From the human T2T-CHM13v2.0 reference genome, Homo sapiens, in assembly GCF_009914755.1 (NCBI RefSeq), contig NC_060929.1: DNA of 64,000 nt; one strand, given 5' to 3'. Numbering within the stretch: position 1 is the first letter of the stretch; each line of letters begins with the position of its first letter. Below the pieces are notes generated by a model. It did no database searches, was not told the origin of the DNA, and worked only from the letters and a program-made list of their open reading frames with translations. Positions 42,100-56,042 of this stretch are shown here, piece after piece. Both the position numbers and the translations under genes were made by a program.

Positions 42100-42520
42100 A
42101 GGGATTGCAACCTGGAAACTCCCACCAAATGTAATCAACAGACTTGTTTGTGTAGTTCAAACAGTGTTTTTCTATTCAAGGTTTCTCAAAGTCGCATTAT
42201 TGACATTTTGAGCCAGATACTGGGAGGAGGGGGCTGTCTTGTACATTATATTGACATTTTGGGCCACATGTTTTTCTCATACAGGATGTTTAGCAGCATC
42301 TCTGGCCTCTAGAAGCCAGGAGTGCCCTCCAGACATGACAATAAAAAAGTATCTAGATATTGCCACATGTCCCTTGGGGTGCAAAATCTCCCTTGATTGA
42401 GAAATATTGCTCTAATTGGAAATTTTGCATTAAAAATTAGATTTCCAGTCAGCCTTCCTTGAAAAATCTACAGACTTGTAAACAATGGACCTATGTTTCT
42501 ACCTGGCTACAATCAGCTAT
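42100..42520. mobile_element. MER102-like with nested MER20 (about 42178-42411)
   Basis: agggattgcaacctgg start and aaaaattagatttccag...cttgaaaaatc; MER20 core tattgacatttt...aggatgtttagcagcatc...ttgagaa. Confidence 0.65.
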
Positions 42521-42552
42521 TGTTAATTCCATCTGTTTCTGTTATATGCTAT

Positions 42553-42938
42553 ATTGGTTATCTATTGCTGCATAGCAAATTACCCCAAAACTGAGTGGCT
42601 TAGAACAACGTTTATTATCTCACAGTTACTGCAGGTCAAGAATCTGGGTATTGCTTAACAGGATTCTCTGGCTCAACATCTCTACAAGGTGGTAATCAAG
42701 GTGTTGGCCAAGGCTTCAGTCATCTAAAGGATTCGCTGGGGAAGAGTCAGCTTCCAAGCTCACTGATGTGGTGTTGGCAGGATTCAGTTCCTCATGGGCA
42801 CCAGACGGAGAGTCTCAGCAAATCACTAGCTGGTGACTGCAGCCACCGCAGTTCTTTATCACGTGGTTCTCTCCATAGGGCAGTTCACAGTGTGGTAACT
42901 TGCTTCATCAGAGCAAGCCAGGAAGAAGACCCAGAGAC

Positions 42939-42975
<37 letters not shown>

Positions 42976-43177
42976 GCCTCTGAAAGAGAGAGAGAAGAGA
43001 GAGAGGCAAAGAGAGAATGAGAACTCCAGAAGTCACTGTCTTTTATAGCCTAATCTTGAAAGTGACATTCATCACTTTCACTACATTTTCTTCCCCAGCA
43101 GTGCTCAGTGGGAGGGGATTATACACGGCCATGGATACCAAGATGTGGGGGCCACTGGAAGCCATTCTAGAAGCTAC
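42553..43177 (-). mobile_element. MaLR LTR (MLT1E/F-like) containing (GA)n
   Basis: tatctattgctgcatagcaaattaccccaaaact; gcttccaagctcact; (GA)n at about 42943-43016. Confidence 0.85.
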
Positions 43178-43620
43178 TGTATTAGTTTCTTAGTGCTACC
43201 ATAGCTAATTACTGTAAACAGAGTGGCCTGGAACAACAAAAATCTATTCTCTCACAGTTCTGGAAGCGGGAAGTCTTAAGTCAAAGGATCGACAGGGCCA
43301 TGCCCTCTCTGAAGACTCTAGGGAAGGATCCCCTCTTACTCCTTCCAGCTTCTGGTGGTTGCCCTCGATCCTTGACGCTCCTTGGCTTGTTGATGCGTTA
43401 CTTCAATCTCTGCCCCCGTGGTCACTGGCATTTTCCCTGCGTGTCTGGGTCCAAATTTCTCTCATCTTATAAGGACACCTGTCATTGAATCAGGGCCCAT
43501 CCTAATTCAGTATTACTTCATCTTAATTTTATTACCCTGTTTCCAAATCAGATCACATTCACAGGTACCAGGGGTTAAGCCTTCAACATATTTTGGGGAG
43601 CAGGCACAATTCAACTACAA
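43178..43620 (-). mobile_element. MaLR LTR (MLT1C-like)
   Basis: tgtattagtttctt...ctcacagttctggaag...cttataaggacacctgtcattg...tcacattcacaggtacca. Confidence 0.88.
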
Positions 43621-44079
43621 TACCTTTTCTGTCACAGATGGAGCATGTGCATCTCTGTTGAAGCATGCTGCTGTGCTGTGGGACAATTTTGTCTGCCCAC
43701 TCCGCAATGATGCCCTATGAATCAAGATCCCTGTATCATTGCAGGGGCTCCTTGAGGGAGGATCATTCCTCTACCTCAGTGCAAAGTTTGACAAAAGTGC
43801 TCTGTGCTTTGGCCCTGGGCTCCAGCCCTTCCATTTGTACTCATGGGGTCAGCTCTTCTGCCCTGTGCTTTCCTCTGTCATAGCTTTTATTAGTCTGATT
43901 TCATGCTAGTTTCTTGCTAGTCTCTTTGACTGTTAAATCCTTGAAGTCAGGGATCTCACCTGATTCATTTCTGAGCTCTCAGTGCCATTTCTGAGCTCCC
44001 AGTGCCCACACATGGCCGGCCATCTCGTGGATGAGTTGATGGATCCATTTGACTAGTAGATAAATGCATACATGGAGAG

Positions 44080-44405
44080 CCAACATACATAGTATGCAAA
44101 GTCATGAAAAACAAGGAATGACTGAGGAACTGGCACAGATAGGAGGAGACTAAGGAGGTTTAACAACTAAATCCAACATGGTGCCCTGGAGTGCCTTCTG
44201 AAACAGAGGATATTAGGGAAAAGCTGATGAAATTCAGGCAAAGTCTGTGAGTAGTTTAGTCAATGGTATCATATGAGTTTTCTTAGTTTAGACAAATGTT
44301 ATGGAAGATGTTAAAGTTAGGGAAATTGGGTAAAGGGTATATGGGAACTCTTAGTACTATCTTAATAATGCTTTTGGAAATCTGAAATTATTTCAAAATA
44401 AAAAA
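44080..44405 (+). mobile_element. L1MC 3' end
   Basis: gtcatgaaaaacaagga...gactgaggaact; tatatgggaactc...tctgaaattatttcaaaataaaa. Confidence 0.8.
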
Positions 44406-44814
44406 TCTAAGTAAATCAGAGTTAGGGAAAGGCAGAAGCTAGGGTCATCAAGGGGATTTACTAAGCTGATGAATAAGTTCGAATTTAAAACAGGAGAAAC
44501 TGGGAGCAGGAACCACAGAGAACAAGTGCCTAATCAGGGCCCAGTGGAAGGAATGAGCCAGTTTTGTCCAATTTGGCAAACTCTCTTGGCTCCTCATCTG
44601 TAAAGTGGGTGAAAACCCAGATGTTGGATGGGGCTTTGACAGCACTTCAGGTCTAACTAGGGTGGCCTGAAACCCCCAATCCCATGGACTGGAACAGACA
44701 AGAACTTCCAAGACTTCTGCACATTTGCAGAGGTTTGAGGTCCCATCATTAGCCATGCTTCTTGGTTCCTGCACTATGAGTATACGTATGTGGGCTGATG
44801 GCCTCATTCACTGG

Positions 44815-44816
<2 letters not shown>

Positions 44817-44856
<40 letters not shown>
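44817..44856. repeat. (AC)20 microsatellite
   Basis: Perfect dinucleotide run. Confidence 0.97.
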
Positions 44857-44858
<2 letters not shown>

Positions 44859-46544
44859 CACCAGGGACTTGGGAGTATCTAAATGTTTGAGAATCATAGA
44901 GCAGGGAGACATCCAACACAGCACAGCCTTCCATTCACTGTCTGGCTCCTCTCCCCTTTACCTCTTCCCTCCTGGGTTATGTCTGGGGACTCCACATCTT
45001 CTGTCTTTATTGTGTGGGGGCAACCTAGCTCTCCTCCTGGAAGCCCTGACTCCCAGGGCCCTCAGGATCACTGCCCCCACCCTCCCCTACCTCAATTCAG
45101 TTCACAGTAAAACACAATTCCTTTCCTAGAAGGAATCTGGACACCAGCTATTAAAATGCCATTTACTATAGCTCCTTACACAGATGTGAAGCCTGTGCTG
45201 TCTCCTTTTGAGCTCATTACAGCCGTGGCTTTGATCCAGTGTCTAGACAAACTTGTGGATCAGAAGCAGTTGGGAAAAGCCTGGCAATGTAATTATAGGC
45301 TTACAACAAAGCACTGATAGTTCAAATGATTTGGGTTAAAATTATATAACTTAGAGCATATCCAAGGTTAGCCTCATGACAATGTCATCCCTCCTCATTT
45401 GCATTCTAATATGTTCTCTTAAGTGGCATGGAAATTGTGAAACTACAGCTAGCCAGTGGAATTGTGGAGAATACCAGGTACGACAACCTCATTATGTGTG
45501 TACCAACAGAAAATAGGTTGAGAACTGCCTCATCAGAGGACCAAGTGAGATCTTTACAAGCTATAAAATGCTTAAGCGAAATTACCAACTAAAGTTCATA
45601 TTTGACTTGGAAGAGCCTTAAAAGTGAGCTAGTCCAGCCCTGGCTCCTGGCATATTACAGATGGCGGCACTGAGGCCCACAGGAGGGAAGTGGCCTGCCC
45701 ATAGTTATACCTTGAGCCAATGATAGTCCAGGCCTGGATCCCAGGCCTGCCCCCCAACACATTGAAGCCTCTATTCATACCTGGAGATGTTCAGACGAAA
45801 ATAGAATGGCCATAGGGTGAGATCAGCAGCTGGGAATGTGGCCCTTTGTTTTTCTCCTGAATTTCTAAGAACAACGGCAGGTGAACATTATTTTTAGTCA
45901 CTGAGAGACAGTGTTGAGCTGTAACACTTTTGCTCTCACTTCTCACTGGAGTGTGTCTTGTTTGACAATTTTAGGGCTAATTAGGACCAAACGCAAGGAG
46001 TCAGCCAAGTTCCACAGAGGGAAGGACGTCGCCAGTTGGGAAGGGTTGGAATCCTGGCTCTGTGATGCCTTTATTGCCTGACCTTGGTCAGGTAGGTTAA
46101 TTGAAGCAGGCCTTGCTTTCCTCTGCTGTAAAACAGTGGCAGCCGAAGCTCTCTCAAAGGTTGATGTGAAGAATAAGTGTCCCTGGTGCATAGGAGGTGC
46201 TTCTGGAGGACTCTCTACTATCTGCCCCAGCCCAGAGCTTGCAACTTTGCTGCTTAAAAGAAGGAGCATTACGGTACCTTACTCCTCTGTTTCCACAGGT
46301 GAATGGGCTTTGCTGTCCCCCTCTCCTTCCAAAGACCTCTTCTGTAAGAGATGAAAACACTGCAGGACTTCTGTGTCAGGGCGTTTCCAGAGTGGGGAGG
46401 AAGAGCACATGAATGAACTGGAAGTTTTCTTCTTTGAGAAACAGATGCCCAGTTTGAACCATCATATTCATCTCTTCAAGGACAGCCCCTTTGCCCTGAG
46501 TTCCACATTTTAACATTGTGCTTTGCGATCCATTGAGAGTTAAT

Positions 46545-46608
46545 TGGCACCTTCAATAATAGTGCATCTTACAATCGATGGCATGTTAGACGCTATGAAA
46601 CACGGTAC
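46545..46608. mobile_element. TcMar-Tc2 terminus (MER104/Kanga-like)
   Basis: catcttacaatcgatggcatgttagacgctatgaaacacggta. Confidence 0.55.
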
Positions 46609-47354
46609 CTCAAGCAGCTCAGCAAATTCATTAGCTCATGGAACCACAGAAAGGAGCAGGGGCCACAGCACCCAAGAACTGGGAGTCCGTTTTTTCTCCC
46701 AGTCTCCTTCTCTGTCTTCCTCCTCTCACCCTCCCTAGCCCACTTCCCACTTCTCTCTTCTCTACACCCTCTTTCCCTCTCACTGTGTTATCTGTGTGTT
46801 ATCTTGGCTTCATCCCATCGGGTCAGCTCACCCCACGAAGCTGGATGCGTGGCCCATGCAACTCCAGCCTGTGTGTGGTCTCACAGCGCTGAGACAAGAG
46901 AGGAAAAGACAGCTCTTTCCGCCAACTCCAGTAAGAAAAAATCTCAGCAAAGGGACCTGAGTGGGTCATGTGCCCATCCCTGGACCAATCACTACTGAGC
47001 CTCAGCCCCACCCCGCCCAGCCCCACCCCTGTGGCTGGCTGGGAAGGTGGTACCCTGAGGGCCCACCTCTGCATGCCCACTGGGGGCACTCTCCCAAGTG
47101 CTGGGTCCACATGTTCTGTGGCTCCAGGAGCTCGTGGTACCTTCCCTTGACTTTTGTTCCTCCCCAAATCAAAGTAAGTCAATCACTTCCACTTTAAAAC
47201 TCAGTAACTATCATCACTATCATTATTGTTATTTATCACTATGGCCCCAATTTGGACTCTACGTTTACTGAGGACAAGCACATTTTCCTTCATTTCTTTT
47301 GAGATGGAGGTCTCTTAATGCAATGAGCAGTCACTAAATTACTCTAGAAATGAC

Positions 47355-47530
47355 TAATAGCTAATGTTTATTAAGCACTTGCCGTGTGTTAGGCACAGTT
47401 CTAAGTATATTGCATGCATTAGGTCATTTAATCCTGAAAACTCCCAATGAGGTAGAAGCTGTTTTTATCTCCGTTTTATAAGTGAGGCAACTGAGGCATG
47501 AGGAATTTGTGTAACTTGCAGAGTAAGTGA
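47355..47530 (-). mobile_element. MIR SINE
   Basis: atagctaatgtttattaagcactt...tcatttaatcct...gaggcaactgaggc. Confidence 0.88.
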
Positions 47531-47709
47531 GAGTTCCAAGGCAGGCAGTGAGACCACGTCGGGCACACCCTCAGCCACCACAGTGTCCTGGAGGGAGGGC
47601 CGAGTGTGTCCATCCTGGAGTCCAAGGCCCTGCTGCCTCCAGATGACCAGCTCAGTGCCAGGGCAGCAGGGAGTTGAAATCCCTCATGGATTTTATTTTA
47701 ATCCTTAAA

Positions 47710-47912
47710 AATAATAGTTCCCATTTGTTGGCACTGGTCTAAAAGCTTAAATTACATGATCTCATTTTTCTTCTAAAAAGCTCATTTTGAATATGAGGAA
47801 AGAGAGGTTCAGGGAAGGTAGGTATCTTGCCTAGAGACACACAGCTAGGAAGTTGGGGAGCCAAGGTCATAACTCAGGACTGCCTGACTCCGACGCCTGA
47901 GCTCCTAACAAT
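47710..47912 (-). mobile_element. MIR SINE
   Basis: atgaggaaagagaggttcaggga...cacacagctaggaag...ctgcctgactcc. Confidence 0.75.
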
Positions 47913-48261
47913 GCACTTCTCCCCAGAGCAAAGAACCCCAGCTCTGAGTCTGGAGTGAGGGCATGGGGGCTGGTCATGGGGAGAAAACTTGGGAGGGTGG
48001 ATTTTCCTTCTCTGCTCACACACCCATGCCCACTCCCTCCCTGAGAACTGCCATGGCCTCAGGGGCAGGGCTGAGAGGAGCTGCCCACTTCCTCCCACAC
48101 TCCTAAACTCCTCCCAGCCCTGAGTCTCCAAGTATCTGGGAACAACGCTGCTACCACTTCGGGTAACTGTGGCTATGCTTGTGTGTGAACCGTCCCCACC
48201 CTTGGTCTGCCATGCCATGATCTGTGATTCTCATAGGACTGACTCCACGGGACCAACGTGT

Positions 48262-48495
48262 AATAATAACCACAGTTACCCCTTATGAAATGCCTCACAG
48301 AAGCCAGGCACTGAGCTAAGGCAGAGGAAATGACCTCATTCATTCTTAATAATGCCCCTTTAGAATGAGCGTTCAGGAAATTGAGACTCAAGGAGGTAGA
48401 GTGAGGAACTTGGCTGAGGCTTCACAGTCAGCAAGAGGCAGAGACAGGATTTGAACCCAGGTCTGATTGACTTCAATGTCCATGACTTTAACACC
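48262..48495 (-). mobile_element. MIR SINE
   Basis: gccaggcactgagctaag...ggatttgaacccaggtctg. Confidence 0.85.
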
Positions 48496-48689
48496 AACTT
48501 GCTGCTTCTTAGCCTGACCGAGACAACAGAGATACAGAAGTCACTGTCCTTGTTCTCAAGAAGCTTGGGATCCAGTAGCGGAGTTACATGAGTGAACAAA
48601 TTGCAATTAGGTGGGAATACCAGAAATGATAGAAGTGACACTAGGTCCTGAGGTGGCACAGAGCAGGGAGGTGTGAACCTGGATGGTGT

Positions 48690-49200
48690 GTTTTTCATGA
48701 CTGCTGATGGCAAGTGACAGGACTCCAACTCAACTTGGTTTAAGGAAGGAAAAAGGCAGGGGTGGGGCAGAGATTGATTGGCTCATGTTTCTGAAAAGTT
48801 CGGGGCAACTGGCTTCAAGCATGGCTTTATCCAGGAACTCAAGAACGTCAACAGGAGTCTCTCCCCTGCTTCAGCTGTGCTTTCAGCCACACTGACATTA
48901 TTTTGAAGATGACGCCACTCTCTGACAGGCAAGTTGTCCACCAGAGGCACCCTCCAAGGTCAACATGGTTAGCAACCCCTCTGAAAGGAGAGCCCCTGTT
49001 TACTCTTAATTTCAGCCAAATTCCCAGGTTTGAGTGTTGGTGAATTTGCTCAGGTCACATGCCACTCTCTCAATCACTCATTGTAGTCTCCATAAAGATG
49101 GAATCATTGATTGACTATTGGCCAGGTCTGGGTCCTCTGCTCAGTCCTGAAATTGAAGGGAGCCAGCCCCATGCAAATCAGGACACTGTCACGGGGAGAA
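48690..49200 (-). mobile_element. MaLR LTR (MLT1K/L-like)
   Basis: gcaagtgacaggactccaactcaacttggtttaag; attggctcatg; ggcttcaagcatggct; gattgactattggccaggtctgggtc. Confidence 0.7.
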
Positions 49201-51239
49201 GGGGAAGCAGGATGCCAAGTGGGCAAAGACAGTGGCATTCCACAGGTGAGGGAGGCTTCCGTAAGAGGAGCCCTGGAGCTTAGTCCCGAGAACGAACAGA
49301 GCATGCTGGGCAGAGCTGGGGCTGCGAGGAGAGGGTGTTTCCTACCAGAGAGAACAGACTGTGGACGTGTGAACTCATAGTTTGGCATAGCTGGAGGCTA
49401 TGGTGGGTGTGGGAGAGGAGTGTGAGGTGTGGCAGAGAGGGGCCCAGTGAGGGTCTTCAAACCTGTGGACCACGCAGGCGTTTGGACTTGCTCCTGCAGG
49501 TACCCTAGGGAGGTAGCACCTCAGGCTCAGGGCGGAGGCTCTGGACTGGATCCCCTGGCCTGACCCTGCCTCTCTGAGTGACTCAGTCTATCTGATTCTC
49601 AGCTTCCCCATCTGCAAAACAGGAAGGATGGAGGACAACTTCACAGAATGGAGGTGAGGGCAAACTGAGGCAAAGCCATGATAAGCAGAGAGACAACATA
49701 GAGGAAGTGTTCAAAGACACAGACCATTATTGTGGACCAATCTTAAGCATCAGAGGAACATATCTAATCTCCACTCTAGAAAGCTCCCCCGGGGGTGCAG
49801 TGGAGGGTGGGGACAGGAGACCAGTGGGAAGAGGTGAGTTTGATGGTTCAGGTCCTAGAAGATGTAGAGAAACACTGCTTTGGGGGAGATGGAGAACACA
49901 GAGAGAGGGCTCAGGGAGAGAAAATTCCATGGCACTTGGCAAAGAATCAAATGTGGGGAGAGGGAAAAATCCAGGATAAAAATAAACACGGAGACAAAAA
50001 TCTACCCTTGACCTTGGATCCCTTAACTTTTAACTTTTGAACAAACACATTTTCTCTTAAAAGCATTCAACCAATTTCCCTAGGCTTTTTTTTTTCTCTT
50101 CAAATACCCTCCCCAAAAAACATCCCTAGACTGCGCGATTCCCAGTGTTGAAATCTTAGGTATCTTTTTCTTTTTTAAATTTCAGCCTGAACATGCCAAG
50201 CTGAACATGCTCAGAATGTCCTTCCCACCTTGGCAGCCCCTGAAGCCCACCTCCTCCTGTTTGCCCTACTGGGTAAGTGTACCCAGTTTTCTAGGAAACC
50301 AGTGTTTGGTACGATGGGAACATGCGCTTGTTTGGGTGGGTTTACGAGCAATTTCATTCACCATGCTGAGTCTAAACGTCAAGTAGGTTTTCAAGACCCG
50401 AGTTCTACTGAATTCTACAAAATAAAAATACATTCAGTATTTATTATGAAAAAAATAAAAATAAAAAAATAAAAGAAGAAAAGAAAGGAAATGGGGGAGA
50501 AAAGAAGTAGGAAGAAGAGGAGAAAAAGAAACAGCAGCAGCCATGGTGAATTCAAAAGAAAACAAAATTTTAATCCAAAAAGCCCCTCAGTCACTTCACA
50601 GAATATTTCACAAGAGCTATTTGATGTCCAAATGTAAATAATCATGGTGCTGAGATTTTGTGTGAAACTTTGTCATTTCAAAGCCATTTTTACAGTCGTA
50701 AATTAGCTAATCAGCAAATGAATCAGAGACATACGGGTCATATTTCACTCAAATCATATGATTTTAAATTGGAGAGAAACTGCTGTTGGAAAACAAATAG
50801 TAAAAGTGCTTTTAAACAGATTTTTATTTATCTATTTTAATGTTTTGATTTTGTGAAGGCCCGGAGCTTGATAGCTGGATGAAACGAGGTTGTACACCAA
50901 TAGGATCGGGTTGCTCATCACGTTTAATGAGAATATAAACCTCCGATTTCCATTACGGCACCTATGCTTCCCTGGGTGGAAACACTCGAGGGAAGGAAGG
51001 GGTAAATAGGCATGCCTACCTGTCCCTGTACCCAATAAAGTCTCAGAGAGAATTTTCCCTGGGGAACCAGCTGCTGAGTAGACCAAACCAGATTCACCTG
51101 GGATACACGTCAAAATGATGTAGACGTTTCTCTAAAAAGGGCTTTGAGGCTGGTGGCCTTTATACACATTACTCTCTGCTGACAGCTGATGGGCAGTTTC
51201 CAGACATCTGAGGCCTGGTGGTTAGTAAGAATCATAACA

Positions 51240-51830
<591 letters not shown>

Positions 51831-52259
51831 GCCACCCCAGGCACAGTGGAGGTCAGGAGAGCCTCCTCTCCTTGCCGCCCAGCACCCGTGGGGGAGTTAA
51901 GGCATTCCTTTGCAGTTGTTCCCCAGCACTGCCATCTGCCTGGGTTTCTCCCAAAGATGTCATTTCATGAACTTGGCTTCTCCAAGGCCAAGTCTGGGGA
52001 CCCTCTTGGTCTTTCTGGGCCCTGGAGAATGAGCTCTCCCCTGGGCTTGGCCTCCCCCTCCTCCTGCACAGGCCCTATCTGTTTCGCTGACAGAGTGGAA
52101 ACCTCTTAGACGGGGAGGAAGATTGAGAGGGAGTGGGCAGTATATACTTCCAGAAAAGAGCCTCATTTTTTGTTCCACGTCCCAAGTCTTCCATAGTGAG
52201 AAGGGCCCTGAGCTCAGAGGAGGCTGAGAGAACAGGCCTGAGGTTGCCCCCTACACCGG

Positions 52260-52960
<701 letters not shown>

Positions 52961-54229
52961 AAAGATCAATCAGATTCTGGTTTCAGAGAGGAGCTCTAAT
53001 AAAAGAATTTTCCTCCTCTTCATCTTCTGTTTCTGGGCTTCAAACTCCATGAGAGCTGGACTGGAGTCCCGAGATGCATATGCAAATTTATTTTCATTTC
53101 ATTTTAATTTGACAAACATGGAAAGCTGGGACATGGAATCCAGGTCTACTGGTTCCTGCCCTCAGGGAGCTTCAACTTGGTGAAGTGGGCAGGGTGGGAG
53201 GGGGACAGACAAAGGAGGCAGGGTGTCCCCAGCAGAGGAGTGGAAGATGCAAAGGCCTAGAGGTGGGAAAGATCATGGCGTATTTGGGGAGCCTCTGTGG
53301 CTTGGCATGACTGGATCAGGAGGACAGGTGGCAGAAAACAAAGCTGGAGAGTCCTTCAGTGTGTCAGTGTGAAGGACAGTCAAGTCCTTCAGTGTGTCAG
53401 GCTTACACAGTAGGGACCCCTGAGGGTTTTGCACCTCCAAGTGTGGTGGGGTTGACCAGTGTGGAGCGGGCAAGACAGAGGCAGGGGGTCCCACAAAGGG
53501 GCAATGACAGCCATCCAGGCAGGACGAGGACTGAGCGTGCTGACGGGAGAACAGAGGTAAGGGCTATTCAGAAACAAATGTCGGCCTTTCCATGACGCAG
53601 TCAGGGAGAGGAAGAAGAAAGGGCAAGGAAGACCCAGAGGTTCCCGTGGGAGACTATCTCAGGGACCCACACTTCCCAGTGGCACCCTGGCCACTCCCAC
53701 AGCTCTCATCTGAATAAGCTTTGTCCTCAGAATCCTGAACTCATTGTCCCCTGGCAAACCCTCCTCAAGCACACAGCTCCTTCCTGCGCCTGGATAGTGT
53801 TTCTGGAAGACCCTGAAACGTCAAGGTCTTTCCCAATTCATCATCGCTGGGGCAAAGCCGCCCAGCTCTCTACCCACAGCAATAACTCTTGGGTTCGAGG
53901 GCTGCAGGGAGTGTGATCTACTCTTTGGCAGCTGAAATAGCCATTTCCCTCACGATATAGAACCCCCAATTCACGAGGGTGAGCAGGCAGGGCTCCAAGA
54001 GCAGAATACTGCTTCTTTGCTCTCGGTTCAGGGCCAAGATTTAATTTTTAATTTTCAAAAACGTGAGTGGTCAGACCACGGCTTGAAAATTGAAACCATC
54101 CTCTGAGCACCTCTGCGTCTCCCGCCTAGACCTTCTCCACTGCAGAGCATGACGTGGCTTGGATGGGGCAGCATTTCAGAGTTTCCCAGCTAACAAGAGT
54201 AGGTTTAGGTTTCCACCTTGGGCTGCAGC

Positions 54230-54500
54230 TGACACTACCTGCCCAGCTCCAAATTCTCTAGCTCTCTGTGACCTTGGGCGTGGTTTTCAACTTCTTCGAA
54301 CCTCAGTTTTCCCATCTGGTAAAAAGAAGCCTTAAGACAATACTTGATAGAGCTGCCGTGAGGAATAAAAGAGATACGAATGTTAACTCCTAAGACATGT
54401 CAGCCAGGCACAGTGGCTCACGCCTGTAATCCCAGCACAGAGAGTTAACATTCTCTTAAGACATATCTTAAGAGCTAACTCTTAAGACACGCCTGCCATA
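54230..54500 (+). mobile_element. MIR SINE, interrupted by an Alu head
   Basis: tgtgaccttgggc...cctcagttttcccatctg...gtgaggaataaaagagata. Confidence 0.8.
54402..54438 (+). mobile_element. Isolated Alu 5' fragment (37 nt)
   Basis: agccaggcacagtggctcacgcctgtaatcccagcac, ending abruptly. Confidence 0.9.
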
Positions 54501-56042
54501 ATGGGGAATAGTTGCAATTTCTCTGAGTTATAAACTGATCCAGGACTTTTTGTTTAGAGGAGCGAAAATTATATAAACAGTACCTTTACCCACGCATGCT
54601 CTCATTTCCTCACTTCTCTGGCCAGGTCTACAGAAACTCTGAGAAGAGTAGGAAGATGGGAGGTTTTCTGATCATTGGCAAGACTCTGAATCTCTCTGGA
54701 TCTTAGTCTACTCATCTTGGAAATGGAAGCAATAATGCCCAACTTCAGGGTGTAGAGCCAGGTAGGGAAGGGACCTACCATTTATCTAGTGCTGAGGGAG
54801 ATATTCTCTGATGGAGGGATGAGCTGTGTGAAGTATTCAAGAGGTCTCGCCTTGAAAGAGTAAGAGGATTTCCTCCTTTTCTTTTTCGAGAAGGAAAGGA
54901 AGGCTTTATGTCTTGGAGGACCAAGGTTTCCTTGTCCCATGGGGGAGTAAGGGCCTGTACTTTCAAAATCTTAGGTTCAGAGACACAAATAACTGGCTTG
55001 CCTAAAAGGGGCTGTTTCCACGGGATGAAAAAGGGGTGAGATTTCTAAGAGTGAGCGTGTGGTTGGGGGAGATGGCCCCACTTGCAGCCAACAGGCCTCC
55101 CACCCCCGTGAAGGCCCTGGGAGGGTGGAACCTCCGAGGATAATGACACATTGTTGGACTCCTGGAGAAGGACTGGCCTCATAATTTCCAGAGCCCAGCG
55201 TATAATGCAACTGTGGGTCCTTTGTTCAAAAGTTGTTCTGAATTTCAGGGTGGTGGCAGAGAGAATGAAACCAAGAGTGAGGCCCTTCTGAGCATGGCGC
55301 CTGGGGCAGTGGCATAGGCTGGACACTTGGGAAGTCAGCCTTGCCTCCCTTGGGCCTCAGAAGCCCAGTGAAGACTTCATGGCCCAGATGGGCACTGAGG
55401 AGTGGATGCCACAAGCAGAGGACTCCTTGCCTTCCAAGAAACCGTGGCCCAAGAAGATCAGATGACTGGCTCTCATTTTCAGTCTGAATGAGGTTCCTGG
55501 AATTCTTTTACAAGTTTAGGGAAAGGAAGCCTCCCCACTCCCCACCCCTAAAGCATTGAGACTGAATATCCTGAGTCAGATTTCACATGACACAAAGTGG
55601 AGAAACAAGCCTTGCGTCCGAGTACCATGCGGCAAAGGCTGCTCAGGCCGCATTGCATTTAATCCCCACAACAGCCCTGCTGGCACCAAGCCAGCACTTG
55701 TTTCCATGAAGGCTCTCAGCCTCCCAGACTCTCAAACCAACCAGCCAGAGCCTGGGCATATGGTGCGTGCATAGGGGATGTGGGGCTGGAAGGCAGAGCC
55801 CAGGCCCCTAGGAGGAAATGCCCCCTAAGGACAGGCACCTTCTGGGGAAACGATGAGTGTATGAGGGAGGTCAGGGCACGTGGCAGGGATCAGAAGATGC
55901 TCCCCCATCTAATATCAGTAACATTAATAACGATGGTACCAGCAATAGACAACATTTACTCAGCACTCACTAGGCGTGTCATCTCATCTATTCCTCAGCA
56001 CAGCCAAGTTAATAGCAACGCCATGGCCCAGAAGAGGAGAAC

